A stretch of 63,995 nt of DNA, the filler included, from Perkinsus chesapeaki ATCC PRA-425 (taxonomy: Eukaryota; Protista; Perkinsozoa): the NCBI GenBank assembly GCA_013115145.1. It is 18 parts of 18 records of this genome, joined end to end, with 100 filler letters (N's around TTAATTAATTAA, not from the genome) between each part and the next. Parts side by side here need not be neighbours in the genome. Positions count along the whole stretch, not along the records: positions 19,988 to 21,103 come from JAAPAO010002190.1; positions 21,204 to 30,088 come from JAAPAO010000956.1; positions 30,189 to 50,059 come from JAAPAO010000632.1; 15 more parts are not named here. The stretch is one strand, 5' to 3'. Numbering within the stretch: the first letter of the stretch is position 1; every line of letters starts with the position of its first letter. This document shows, piece by piece, positions 20,890-32,607 of the stretch. The notes under the pieces are model-generated. The model was not told the DNA's origin and did not search any database. It worked only from the letters and a program-made list of their open reading frames with translations. The translations under genes were made by a program, and so were the position numbers.

Positions 20890-23800
20890 ATGCCCTGAGA
20901 AAGCGTCAAAGGCGCGAAAATGGTGACTTGAGGAGAGCTTTCCGTGGGACAACGGGATGTTAGCTGGCTCGCACCATATGTATCAAAAAACGTAGGCAAG
21001 TTTAAGGAGACAAATAAAAATATGAAATATCGGAAATTTCCGGAAATGCTGTAGTTCGCAATAAGTCCACCCTATAATCAGGTTTACCGTTCCAAACTGA
21101 GTANNNNNNNNNNNNNNNNNNNNNNNNNNNNNNNNNNNNNNNNNNNNTTAATTAATTAANNNNNNNNNNNNNNNNNNNNNNNNNNNNNNNNNNNNNNNNN
21201 NNNACTCATGAAACTGTACGCACTATAAGCTTGTCTTTGCCTCCAGCTGACGGCGCTGATCGGCCTCTAGGACTTTGCGTAATTACTCTATCTCAAACAT
21301 TGATTGCTAATCCAAACAGTCTGCTGCTGCTACAAAACATCCTGCTACCGCTAACACTTAGCTGCTGCTAGCAGTCACCCTCCGGGTGATAACAGCTGCT
21401 TCGCAGCTGTTTCACGCATACGGTATGCGGTATACCTGCCGTGATCGGTATCGCCCCGGTTACGTAGTGAGCAATTAGTATTCACTATTACAGGGTCATA
21501 TTCTATCGCTACTTCTTCTCAAACTCTTTTCCCTTATTATAGTGACCGCATTATGAAGACCCGAGTTGTGATAGTAACCTTTCGCAGGTATTATTCAACA
21601 ACGCGTTAGCATGAAGCATTGCACGACCACTTACTCGCAACTTGTAAGTATTACCTTACTAGCTGCATAACTGTACGTTAAGCGTTATTTGTATACGCAT
21701 TGACACAACATACATTGACACAATACCGTACTGTTGGCACGAAACTTAAAATAAAGTGGCTTAATAAAATTGTCAATGCTCGTTGCTGAGGCTTTCATTT
21801 AGCGCTCCGTTATTCATTGGAACTTGAATTGTCGCATAAAAACCACGCTCGGTAACTGCAGCGTTCTCACTAGTGGCCTCAACTCGAATGTACTTGGCCC
21901 TAGGATTAGCTTCCAGGACCGTTCTAGGGAGTAGGACAGGTTTGCAACCATTAGGAGTGATACTGTCGCTGTAGAAGGGATCATTCCCGAGGTAGGCAGT
22001 GAACTTCTTGGTCTCTTCGAAGTTTGAGGTAAGCTTAATCATATGCGACCCGCGTGTCTTGCTGTAGCGAATGTAAACCAGCTTGAGTTTAGCCGAACGC
22101 GTACTACGCAAGGAAATATTGTGGGCTGTTTTACCTAAAAAGCAGGTCTAGAAAGTTACAGTTCACATGAAACCACATGGAACATACTGCCCTACTCTCA
22201 CCACTATATCTCGGTCCGGCCGGTGATTTCTTCGACCCTTTCAATTGGTTTTCGGGTGCCGGGCTTTGCTTTCCAGATTTTCTGGACTTGTCCGCCAGTA
22301 CCTTATCGTAAATCAAAAAGCACCAACAAGCTCACTACTTCTCGGTAATGTGATCTTATCACATTCTTTTTCTTGGCTTTTTCTTGGGGAATACAACTCT
22401 CTGGCAGCGTGGCACAAGAGTCCTATGTAGAAAGTTCATCGTCGTTTGACTTCTATCATTCCTACAGAATCCACGGACCGGCAAAACTCACTATCATCGG
22501 CATTGCTGTCGGTTTCGGAAGTTGACAAGCCGAAATCCTGTGAAACACTCCATCCGTAGTTTCACTACAAACGTACGCTCTCAGTTTGATTATTGTTCGA
22601 CTCTCTATCTTTTTTTATTAACTTTTTCAGGTCCACTATATCCTCCTCAAGGTTAGAGCGCATGCTGGCCTCAGCCACCGACTGAAGACGTAGTGAATAA
22701 TATTTCCGCTCATAATGAGGTGTATACTATCAATTAGTTGTTTACTATGGATTCCCCCCTTACATCCTCAAAATGCTGCCTGCTATCGGCTTCTAACCGC
22801 TCCAAGTCTGATTCTAGCCGGCTCACGTTATTTACCAGTTTCGTGTTGGTCTGCTTGAGTTTTTTGTTCGCATTGGTCTGAGCGACATCATGCTGATCTC
22901 CATCTCTGTTATAACCTACTAGTGTTGCACATTGGTCAATACTACTGTTGAGCATCTGTTTCACATCAGCAAGCTGAAGTGAAAGCGTGAAACCATTTGC
23001 TGCGTTCAACCGTATTACTTTGTTTTCCAAACTAGAAACTTTTTCTCGCAACTGGTTATTTTCTTCTCCCTAAAACCAAGATATTCCAAACATGGCTAGC
23101 AACCAAATCAAGACTTTGTTGATATTATTGAAATATAATATTTCAGATATTACCATTCTTTTCATAGCAGCACGCCTCTGTTTTCCCCGTGTATCATGCT
23201 TCTTGCGTTCTTCAATCATTATAACCGAGGAATAATTGACTGAAATATGCAGTAATGTAGTACACATCGTGTTACACGGCGAAGTGAGGCTCAGCTAACT
23301 TGCCTGGCCACCGTTGCCAGACGACGAACTCCGATCGATTATATGGGCGTGCGCTGCTTGCCACCGCTCATGATGCGTTGATTAACAAAAAATACTGCTT
23401 AATATACTACACCAAAATTAAATCGTTTTTCAATAAGCCTAGGGTGACGTTGAAAACGGATTCTATTTTTAAAACTCCTTCAATCGTTTTAAATACTTTT
23501 CAAATTTAAAAAACTTCACCGGGAAAATACTATAACCGGTGTAAATACTATAATTTGTATTAGTTTTTACTTATTACTTCGACTCTAACCATGTTGCGCC
23601 AAGTAGCGAATCGACATCTTTGGCACCGTGTTAATGCTACGCGCCATATAATATAGCTCATATCGACTTCGACTACGTGGTTTTACTCGTGGTGTCACCA
23701 ACTTGGTGGTTACACATCCGAAGCCGCCTGTTTCGTATACGGAGAAGCATTGTTGTACGAAGAGTCTGTAGGATGTGGATGGATACGAAGTCCGTATTAC

Positions 23801-24086
23801 GGAGTAATAGAGGAAAGCACAGTGAAGGTCCGGCTTATGTGACCAGACGTCACTGAACGCAAGCGTTTCGAAGCTTTTCTACTAGGGATTCCCTGGAAAC
23901 CCATGTATTATTACATCAATCTTCAATTAAAATGTAGTTACTAGATTTTAGACTTTTTCGTTTTGTGATGAGAAGCATGAATCGATTCTTAACACTGCTC
24001 TGTGCAAATGAATAGTATCAAATCAAATATCAAATCGTACATCGCTTCAATATTCTAGGCGGTATTCTGTCGTATCTACTGAGGTT

Positions 24087-24418
24087 CATCACCGTTGAAT
24101 ATACCAACTGGTGTTTTCCGTTGTATTTATATGACTGGTGTTCATCACCGTTGAATATACCAACTGGTGTTCATCACCGTTGAATATACCAACTGGTGTT
24201 TTCCGTTGTATTTATATGACTGGTGTTCATCACCGTTNNNNNNNNNNNNNNNNNNNNNNNNNNNNNNNNNNNNNNNNNNNNNNNNNNNNNNNNNNNNNNN
24301 NNNNNNNNNNNNNNNNNNNNNNNNNNNNNNNNNNNNCATCACCGTTGAATATACCAACTGGTGTTTTCCGTTGTATTTATATGACTGGTGTTCATCACCG
24401 TTGAATATAGCAACTGGT
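24087..24418. repeat. Composite minisatellite of two related monomers (29 bp and 27 bp) spanning a scaffold gap
   Basis: A=catcaccgttgaatataccaactggtgtt, B=ttccgttgtatttatatgactggtgtt; order ABAAB(A)-gap-ABA'. Confidence 0.9.
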
Positions 24419-25555
24419 TTGTCACCATATATTGTTGTATATTTTCCGAAGTCTATGTTGTGTTGTTACGCATATGACGAAGTTCACGCAGGTTTTCAGT
24501 TCAGCTTTATCTCTGTCATGCCGAGTTTAGAGCAGTGCCGGGCTGTCCCTGGCGGAGTGGGCCCCATCCGGTGGGAATCTCCCACTTGGAAGTGTAACCG
24601 CCATTTGTTACTGAGGATTGAAAAGGACGGACGATTGGCTGAAGTTCCGCTTTTTGACTGACTTGTCTGGAGCGGCTCCACTGGAGCCTTTCTTTGTGGC
24701 GCAGAATCTGCGCAACACGCATGCCCCTGCAAGCATGCCATGCACATCGACTAAGGAGATTGAATTTTTCACTGTACAGCATCGTCAGTAGCCGGAGAAG
24801 TTTGAAAAGTGTAAACCGCCAAAGGGGTGGTTCACGATGCTCAAGGGTCCTAGTCGGCGTGTATCACACGCATATAAGTTGCTGCCGTGCAACGTGCGAC
24901 AGCGAGGCCTCTGGTCATGAAACTTTTATCGACTATTATCTCAGCCAAAAATACAAAAACCGTGAAACATCGTGAAATGTAATTACATTCTTAGTAAAGT
25001 ATATATACTTACATAATATATTTGGAATATTTCGGCCTCCTCGTGATATCGAAATTATAATACTTAATATTCGTATTTAGCAACATACGGAATTATAATG
25101 GGAATTCAGCCAAGGCGCAATAGAGTCTATTGAATAGACGCTTTCGCAACTTGCGAATCGCAAGTTGCTCAACCTCATGTCACTGTCTCCTCAGGACTCA
25201 AATCCATTGCACACTGTTATTAACAGTTGGACTACGCCGAATCCGACAAGTTAAAAATTTAAACTTTAAATACGCGGTTAAAATTTTTAACCGCGTTAAA
25301 GGTAACTAAAGCTTAACCATTCCCATAGCAACAGGGAATTCTCAAACAAGCAGTGCGTGTCACGCACCTAAAATGCTGTGAAGTATCGGGGGTAACCGGA
25401 AGAGAACTGTAAAAAGGCTAAGTCGCCAAAAAAGTTGGGGTTCTTGCTAAGTTGCAAAGTCGGGGACCCCGACTCGGGGTGCTTCTCGATGTTGAAGAGT
25501 TCCAGTCGGCGTCTGATCCCAAAAAGAATCCAACGACGGTAATCAAAGAAATAAC

Positions 25556-25591
25556 CTTAAACCAAGATGGCTACCGTAGCCAGGCTACGGA
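25556..25591 (-). ncRNA. Degenerate Perkinsus/dinoflagellate-type spliced-leader sequence carrying a palindromic scar
   Basis: After collapsing the scar at 25568-25589 it reads TCCGTAGCCATCTTGGTTTAAG|GT. The Perkinsus SL as I recall it is ACCGTAGCCATCTTGGCTCAAG (19/22 match; positions 2-16 exact). Confidence 0.6.
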
Positions 25592-26164
25592 TTCACAATC
25601 TCAATGACTCACAATCACAGATCAATCGTTCAATTAGTAATACTAAGCTTGAACCCCCAAAAAATGAAACGGCTGGCACGCATACACATCATTGCGCGCG
25701 CGTCTCTCGTCAACAAACTAATGCAGATAAGTCTCTCCAAACGGCGGTTCTATGCACTATAGAACCCATTATTCCGTAAGGATAATGCTTGGGTTTCAAC
25801 TTCTAAATCGTCGAACATACTCATAACTACTATATCATAATAACAGGGATATCATCATAAGAATAAAGTCATCATAATTAGGCATGCTCATACAGATTAC
25901 CTAATACTTACGATTACAATAACATAGATACTTTTAGACGCAATATCTCTCTTAATACTTTCTCCGAGAGAGTCTCTCGTCTTCATCAATACCATCAAAA
26001 ATGTCATTAAAATACATATGGTCTTGTCACATGATCTATATGCACAGTATCTATATACTGCACAGTATCTATATACTGCACAGAGCTCAACTTGTTTTAG
26101 CTTGAATTGATGAGTAGGCTGCTGATACGTCACCGTGCTGTAGTTGGTCCTTTGTTTCCAAAAT

Positions 26165-29100
26165 ATGCCTTCCCGGTTACCCTGGGAGTTCACAAATAGA
26201 TTCCGCATTGAACCCGGCTGCGGTAATCCATTTGAAACCGCGTTGACGCGTCTAGAGCTCGGCTACGGAGTAGCAAATGTGGCTACAAGACCTGAGTATA
26301 ACGAGGCTCGTTATAAATGTGCCGTTCACGAAGAGTGCAAGAAGAAGTTCAAACTTGTTCTTATCGGGAACGAGGTGTTGGTGTATGAACACGGTAAGAA
26401 TTTTTCCTGCCTGCTTTCGAGAAGCAGGACTATCCAATGGATAGTATGCATGATGAGATCCTTCACGGACCGTCCTGCTTCTCGCAGGTGAGCATCAAAT
26501 GAATGATCGTTTCCCCGAATTCTCTATTAGGCTTATCTAGTCCAGCAGGTTACCACTGTGGCCAGGTGATGCATCGCATCCGTGCAAACCATCCACGTGA
26601 AGTGACTGCTTTCATCCTTCGAGAGGCGAGGCAGGGAGTGACTGCGAGCACGATCGTTACGCGCCTCTCATCGGCCTTTCCACAGTGTCGCGGTATTGTT
26701 AATCGTGCGCAAGTAATAAGGATGAATTGTATATTAGTGTGATCTACCTGCTCATAAACAATGTCTGCGTAGGTGCAGACAATCATTTCGTCATTATATC
26801 GTCGAGGAAGAGATGGCAGCCGCCATGTGACGAACTTTTTCGAACTGCAGATGGCATTCAGCAGGTTCCGTGTAACCGAGAGCATGCTTGATCATGTCAA
26901 ACAAGGGAGGTTACTCACGGAAGAATGCGTCTTCCTGGACGGCTTCTGGGAAGCAGAGCATTTTGCGTCCTTACTGACAAGTGGACGTAAGACTCATTGT
27001 CAACGGCATGACGATGAATAGTGTCAATTTTGTGATTTGCTCTAAGACTCCGCGCCCACTAAATTATAGTCTCGATAGCCATTTCTCTGTAGGGATGCTC
27101 GCGTCGTTGCTCTGGTATCTTGAGGCGCGCCCGGATGGTTTCCCATTATACATGGATGCTCAGAATAAGATCATTTTGGGCGATTTAAAAGTTGCTTGGT
27201 TAGGCACGACCCGAGTATGGTAAGAACCGCGACCGTCACTGACGAATTGCCAGGCGTCTTCCAACCGATGAAATCGCGGACTGGGATCGTAGTCCATTAG
27301 GTTCGATGCGGGGAGGAATGAGTATCGACATACTTTCGTACCGTTCATGCTTGCAATAATAGATGAAGAGTGCCAGGCAGCTTATGAGCATCTTCTCGAC
27401 GAGCTGGATAAACTTGTGCAGTTTTTTACTGACGGGCAACGGGAGCTGAGAAACTGCGTTAATCTGTGCGTCCATGATGCTCACCAGGGGGCAATCAGAG
27501 CTTGCCAGACATACCTCCCAGGAATAAGGAATGGTAGTGCATCAAAGAACCAGCGGCCCACTAGAGGGATATTCTCTTAGCTCGCTGCTACTATCACTTA
27601 TCCAAGAACCTCAAGGATAACAGGTCGAAGTTTGGTGTGGATGCTGCGCTGGTAAAAGCCTGCAAAGCTACTGCATTTCATAACGCGCTTTCCTCAGGTA
27701 GATCACTTGAAATACGCGCTCCACGCAAGCCCAACTGACGATTTGTTCTACTTGCTGTCGGTAGCACTCATCGAGGAGATCGATGAGGAATACCAAGTTG
27801 GGGCTGACTATTTGCGAAATACGTTAGACGTAGAACGATATGGATATCCAAATATCACTCTAACGTCTACGGGACTCGGAGCAACACAGGTTAGGTTTCA
27901 GGAGTCTAGTGATATTCCTAAAATACTCACTGTAGTAGGTATTGAATAATGTCGTCGAGGCTTTCCATCGAAATATATCGCGCATGTTGGGTCGTAGCCG
28001 AGTGTCACTCTCTGTTTTTGCAGAACGGATTGTAGAGGTAGTCCAATGCCGATGGGTTTTTACTGCCCTGCAGTAGGGCCCCTACTTAGTTTCGTCAGAT
28101 CAACCAAATATGAGTAGACTTACTGTGTGCCCGAATTTGTCATGCGAATTATCAATTGTAACTCAATTGAGAAAATTGAGTAGAACGCTTTGAGACGCTA
28201 ACGTTCCAACGTCCTTGCATTTTGACTAAGGGTACTCAATTACATTTCGATTAGCCGTTTCATTGGCTGTTTCCTTGTTATGTTTGGCACGAGGTAATTT
28301 CAGTCGTACCGTACGATTCGTACGTCCAGCCGGTAGCGTACATACGGAATTCGTTCGAGATATACGGTGTGTATGTCCAGATTATCCGGTCTCTGAGAAA
28401 CACCAGTCCTCAACATCTCGTGAGGCGTCCTGAAAGAATAGATTTCATAGAGTACAATGCCTCCATGATGGCGAAAGGCACTGGCTTGGTCACTCAGGGA
28501 TCCCTCAAAGAGGTGAGATACTTGGATCTAGACTTGATCATCTAGTAACTATCAGCTACCAGCTAATAACAAGTCGTTAGCCAAACTCGTTTTGGCGCCA
28601 CCTTCTTGCGCCATCACTAGTAGTTATCATACGTATATCGTTATTCATCTCAACCTGAGCTTCTCAGCTCAGTTTGCCGCCGAGCAATGACCGAGAAAAT
28701 TAGTAATCTGTGAGGTGTCAATATGTTTCTTCGTGTTTTCTTTAGGTCACGTCACTCGCTAACAGGATTCAGCGCCGACCGGACGATAACGTACAAGTCC
28801 GTTACTTTCTGGTCGAGTCTAATCGGATAGTTCCTGCGAATCTTGCTAGTACCACGAGCGATGATGAAGAGATCTATCTTAGAGGGCTTCTCGCATCAGA
28901 TTTTCCTAATGACGGTTAGACATACTACTTGACAAGTACTTAGGGTTATTTATTGTTCAGGTCTAAATATGTCTTTGGATGATGTTTTGTTTCATTATTA
29001 TCGTTTCCACCTCGTGACGCTGTCAAGAACGGCACTAGTTTGTACATGCAAAGGTTGGAGGGATTGGGGTTGCTGTGGCCATGCTTACGGAGTGGAGATT

Positions 29101-29307
29101 CTATGCGGAACGCAAGTGAGGTACGATTATCTACACGATAACCACAGTAAGTAAGATTATCACCGATCGTGTAGATACTACCCGCAAGATCGCCAGATCA
29201 GGAATGCGCGTAGAGGTCGCCCATCATCAAGGAGGAATCCGGCAGATGATAGATATAGACACCAGAATGGACGTGGTAGCATTCACAGATTGATTGAAAA
29301 AGTGTAA
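26165..29307 (+). CDS. Intron-rich Mutator-like (MULE) transposase with SWIM zinc finger; boundaries approximate
   Basis: N-terminal C-x4-C...H finger, PLYMDAQNK (D about 27155), VHDAHQGAIRAC..LPG (D about 27476), CYYH (27586-27597), SWIM CTCKGWRDWGCCGH (29041-29082), then RRGRP. Catalytic E not located. Confidence 0.72.
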
Positions 29308-30188
29308 TCGCCCATGCTGGTTGTAGGAAACGCTCTCAGTGACAGTGACGCATCCATCATTTCACATGCTTCGGATGACTCCCCAGCGGCCAATGACGCT
29401 AACTATGTTGACTCTATGAGCGAGTGACCAAATAATAGTTGGCAACTATGTCAGATTAATATTGACAATTACAGCATGCTTTTTACATACCAATCTAGTT
29501 ACGTCAAGTAACTTGGCATGGCCGTTTCTTGCTTACAGTCGACACGGTTGCGTACAGTTGTTAATATTAAGCTCGCTAGATAACGTACAGTAAGCTACGT
29601 ACTCACTCCTGAATCTCGTGAATTGGTGCGTAATTTCGGAATTCGAATGGTAGTACACACTCTTTACTGCACAGGTCGGGCCTCAGCCTTGCCACAGCGA
29701 AACTCTGAGTCAAGTCAGTACTTTGTATTGAATACCATAACAGTCATTTCATAACAGAGCTTGTTATGAACTTCATAATGTGAAGTTTATCCACAAGCAT
29801 ATCAATCGCGTTGATAAACCAACCTCCACGCTGCGCGTCACATTACTGTGAATGTCTCTCAAGGCCGCGAGTCGCAGCCCGGCTGCGTTCAGCTGCGAAG
29901 CAGCTGTCCTTAGAGGGGGAGAGCCAGCATTCGTTGCTGCAGTTTTTTTTTGGGTTAGCAACATATGTTTGGGTTAGCCATGTCACGCTAACGTCACGTG
30001 ACGCTGATGTCACGCTCAGAAGAGCTCTTATCGAATCTACGCTTCACAGAGTTCTTCAACTGTTTGAACATTCAATAAGTATATGCAGNNNNNNNNNNNN
30101 NNNNNNNNNNNNNNNNNNNNNNNNNNNNNNNNTTAATTAATTAANNNNNNNNNNNNNNNNNNNNNNNNNNNNNNNNNNNNNNNNNNNN

Positions 30189-31889
30189 CAGATTCTCACC
30201 AGCGATTCCGGACACCAAGAGCTTTTCAGACGCCCCAGTATTTTGGGCACGCCCTTCAAGTATAGTGTAAGACCGTCCTGTTGATGCTCACCACTTTGTA
30301 TCTTATTTTCTGGCATTTCTTCTGGTGGCACGTAAAAGTCCGACACTGCTGCGGCAAGCACAAGAGCTGCACGCCGGCCCAGTGGGTTAACAGCTCTAGC
30401 TATTTGCTCAAGGGAACTCAGATACCTACAGGAAAACGAGGCTTCGTGATAGCGAAATATATTCCAAGACACCAATGATCTGTATTACGCAACAGATTTG
30501 GATTGAACATTTTATCATTCTGGCACATACAATTATGAAGAGAGTTTCCCCCAACGTCGAGATGCGCTAGCAAATATGTGTAAACAAAATGAGGGATAAA
30601 TTCACATATGAGAAATGCTCCTCTTTGACTTCATGTAAGTAATTCACTTTCGATAACCGTGCTGAATTTCAAAGCTATGCATATGACTACAAACGCAGTG
30701 CGGTGTACCATAAGAAAGCCAATCGCCGGGTGACGCTGACTAAGTGACGGAAATAAGTACAGGAAACTAATTACACTACTGGTCCAGTAGTACTGGACAG
30801 AAAAAATTACGGGGACTCAGAATAATGCGATTAATCAACGTACATGACGCGGTTGCCCCACCTTAGCTTGTCATCCTACCTTACAATGGACTGTTGTATA
30901 GCGAAAACACAATAAGACCGTTCCGTGGGGAACCCTATTCCCACAGAATTGAGTAGTAAACGAATGCGACTTACTCTGTAACATTAGTAAAGTCGAGGCA
31001 AAGCAAATAACGACTCAGGACTTCCGGAGAGGGCGTCTCCTGGAACACGAGTGAAGTCCCGCAAGTATGAGGCAGCTGCTCACTTTAAGGTAATCGCTGA
31101 AATCTATCGATCGGTTGCCTTTGGAAAGAAGATCAAGCTGCTTAGGAGCGTCCGGCAGATGGCGAGCGAATGGCATAGCACAGCTTCCACCTGAGCGTTC
31201 GGTAGAACCACTTCCGGGGAAGCATTTACCTCGACGATGAAAGTAAACAACATAATACTTCACAGCCGACTGTTGATCTTGATCTCGCATTATGAAATTC
31301 TCGACTAGGCCAGCGCCTCTGTTGCCTGTTGAAAAGTTATCCAGAAATCTGACAAAACATAATTGACCGTTCACTTTTGTACTTCAAATTCGGTGGATTT
31401 GGATGTTTCAGAACACCCAGCTTTGAGGACGAAGCAACGATAACAATTTTTCCATCGCGGGTCGCTGGCGTGGAATCATGTGGAGTCAGGCGACTAGTTC
31501 GAGCTGTTCAGGAAACCAATACCGATATTCAGATTAGATTGCAGCTAAGAACATCATCTCGTGGAAAAAACTGTTTGCAGATCCTGGAATCCAGAATCAG
31601 CTCGAGAGTTCTGCTCGAACAAGCTTCTCACTAGGTGGAGCGGGCTCAGAGAAGCTCCATCCAACTTGAGATGAAGTCCCCTTGGGATTCCCAACATTCC
31701 TTGCATTCTGCTGCAGCAGGAGCGTACTTCAAGTACAAGAGCTTTCCAAACTGAATGTGAAAAAACTCACCTCACAGTACGACGCTCCAGCGACACTGTT
31801 GTGCCTCCACTACTAATAACAACTAGCCGGGATTGAGGATCTTCGGCGACTCTAGAAACGAAGTCCGAAAAACGTGAAGATTCCGCCAT
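30189..31889 (-). CDS. PPCS: Phosphopantothenate-cysteine ligase (multi-exon, 3' truncated by contig end)
   Basis: Exons encode VISSGGTTVSLE..TVR|FLDNFSTGNRG, LLCLDFTNVTE|YL and LAAAVSDFYVP..KIQS..LxGVPKIL, all eukaryotic CoaB/CAB2 signatures. Confidence 0.9.
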
Positions 31890-32607
31890 AGAAATCAGCC
31901 ACAATAAAACGACGGTAAAAACCATTTGAGAGCGAAGCTCTCTAAAGACTGAAAATGCCGGGGGCCTCGAGAAGCAAGCTTTCCCCCGCATTTCCAGAAA
32001 CACAAGTCGCAGTAATGGCAAACAATAGAAACAAGTGCGTTAATGACGACATCACCATGGGCGGTAGCGAGATCTGTATGATGAACCTTCAGACCGATCT
32101 CTGCTACGGTGAGAGCCAGCCCGATTTTGCGAGTGGTATCTGGAACTGCCGTAGCTTAGTCGATCGGTAGACGGAGAGGAACCTACTATGAATGATAAGA
32201 GACGATGTTTTAAATCGCTGATAAACGGCTATAACAGACATTGACATGACTGAGTATATGTTTGATTGTTTAGAAATTTCTGCTAGCCTTAAATACGCAT
32301 GTACACAGGAGAGGAGCAGCTACGGTCATAGTTAATAAGTATTAGATACTGGAACGGTAAGTAAATGTGATAATAATATATTTACAATAAATCGCATTTG
32401 AAACACAAGTTCCCATTCGGAAGCTAAAAATAGGATTAATTTATGCTAATTTAATTTAAATACCGATCCTTTGCAGTGCAAGAATCTCACAGCAAGATAC
32501 GTCGAACGAATTCCTCCAGAGAGCGCTCGGTGTTCTCTATGCGGATCAGCCTATGCCCTCATTCAGCCCACTGCTTACCTGATCGACCTTTCCCCGCACC
32601 ATCTCCC

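Noticed and set aside
21001-21050. Overlapping even-centred palindromes (cggaaatttccg, atttccggaaat) as members of the scar class
   Set aside because: No central base and a 5-bp offset, so they do not fit the 8-mer geometry. They do show that some even palindromes exist, so enrichment needs a formal test.
25000-30088. Terminal inverted repeats around the MULE gene
   Set aside because: No matching inverted pair found by eye on this contig.
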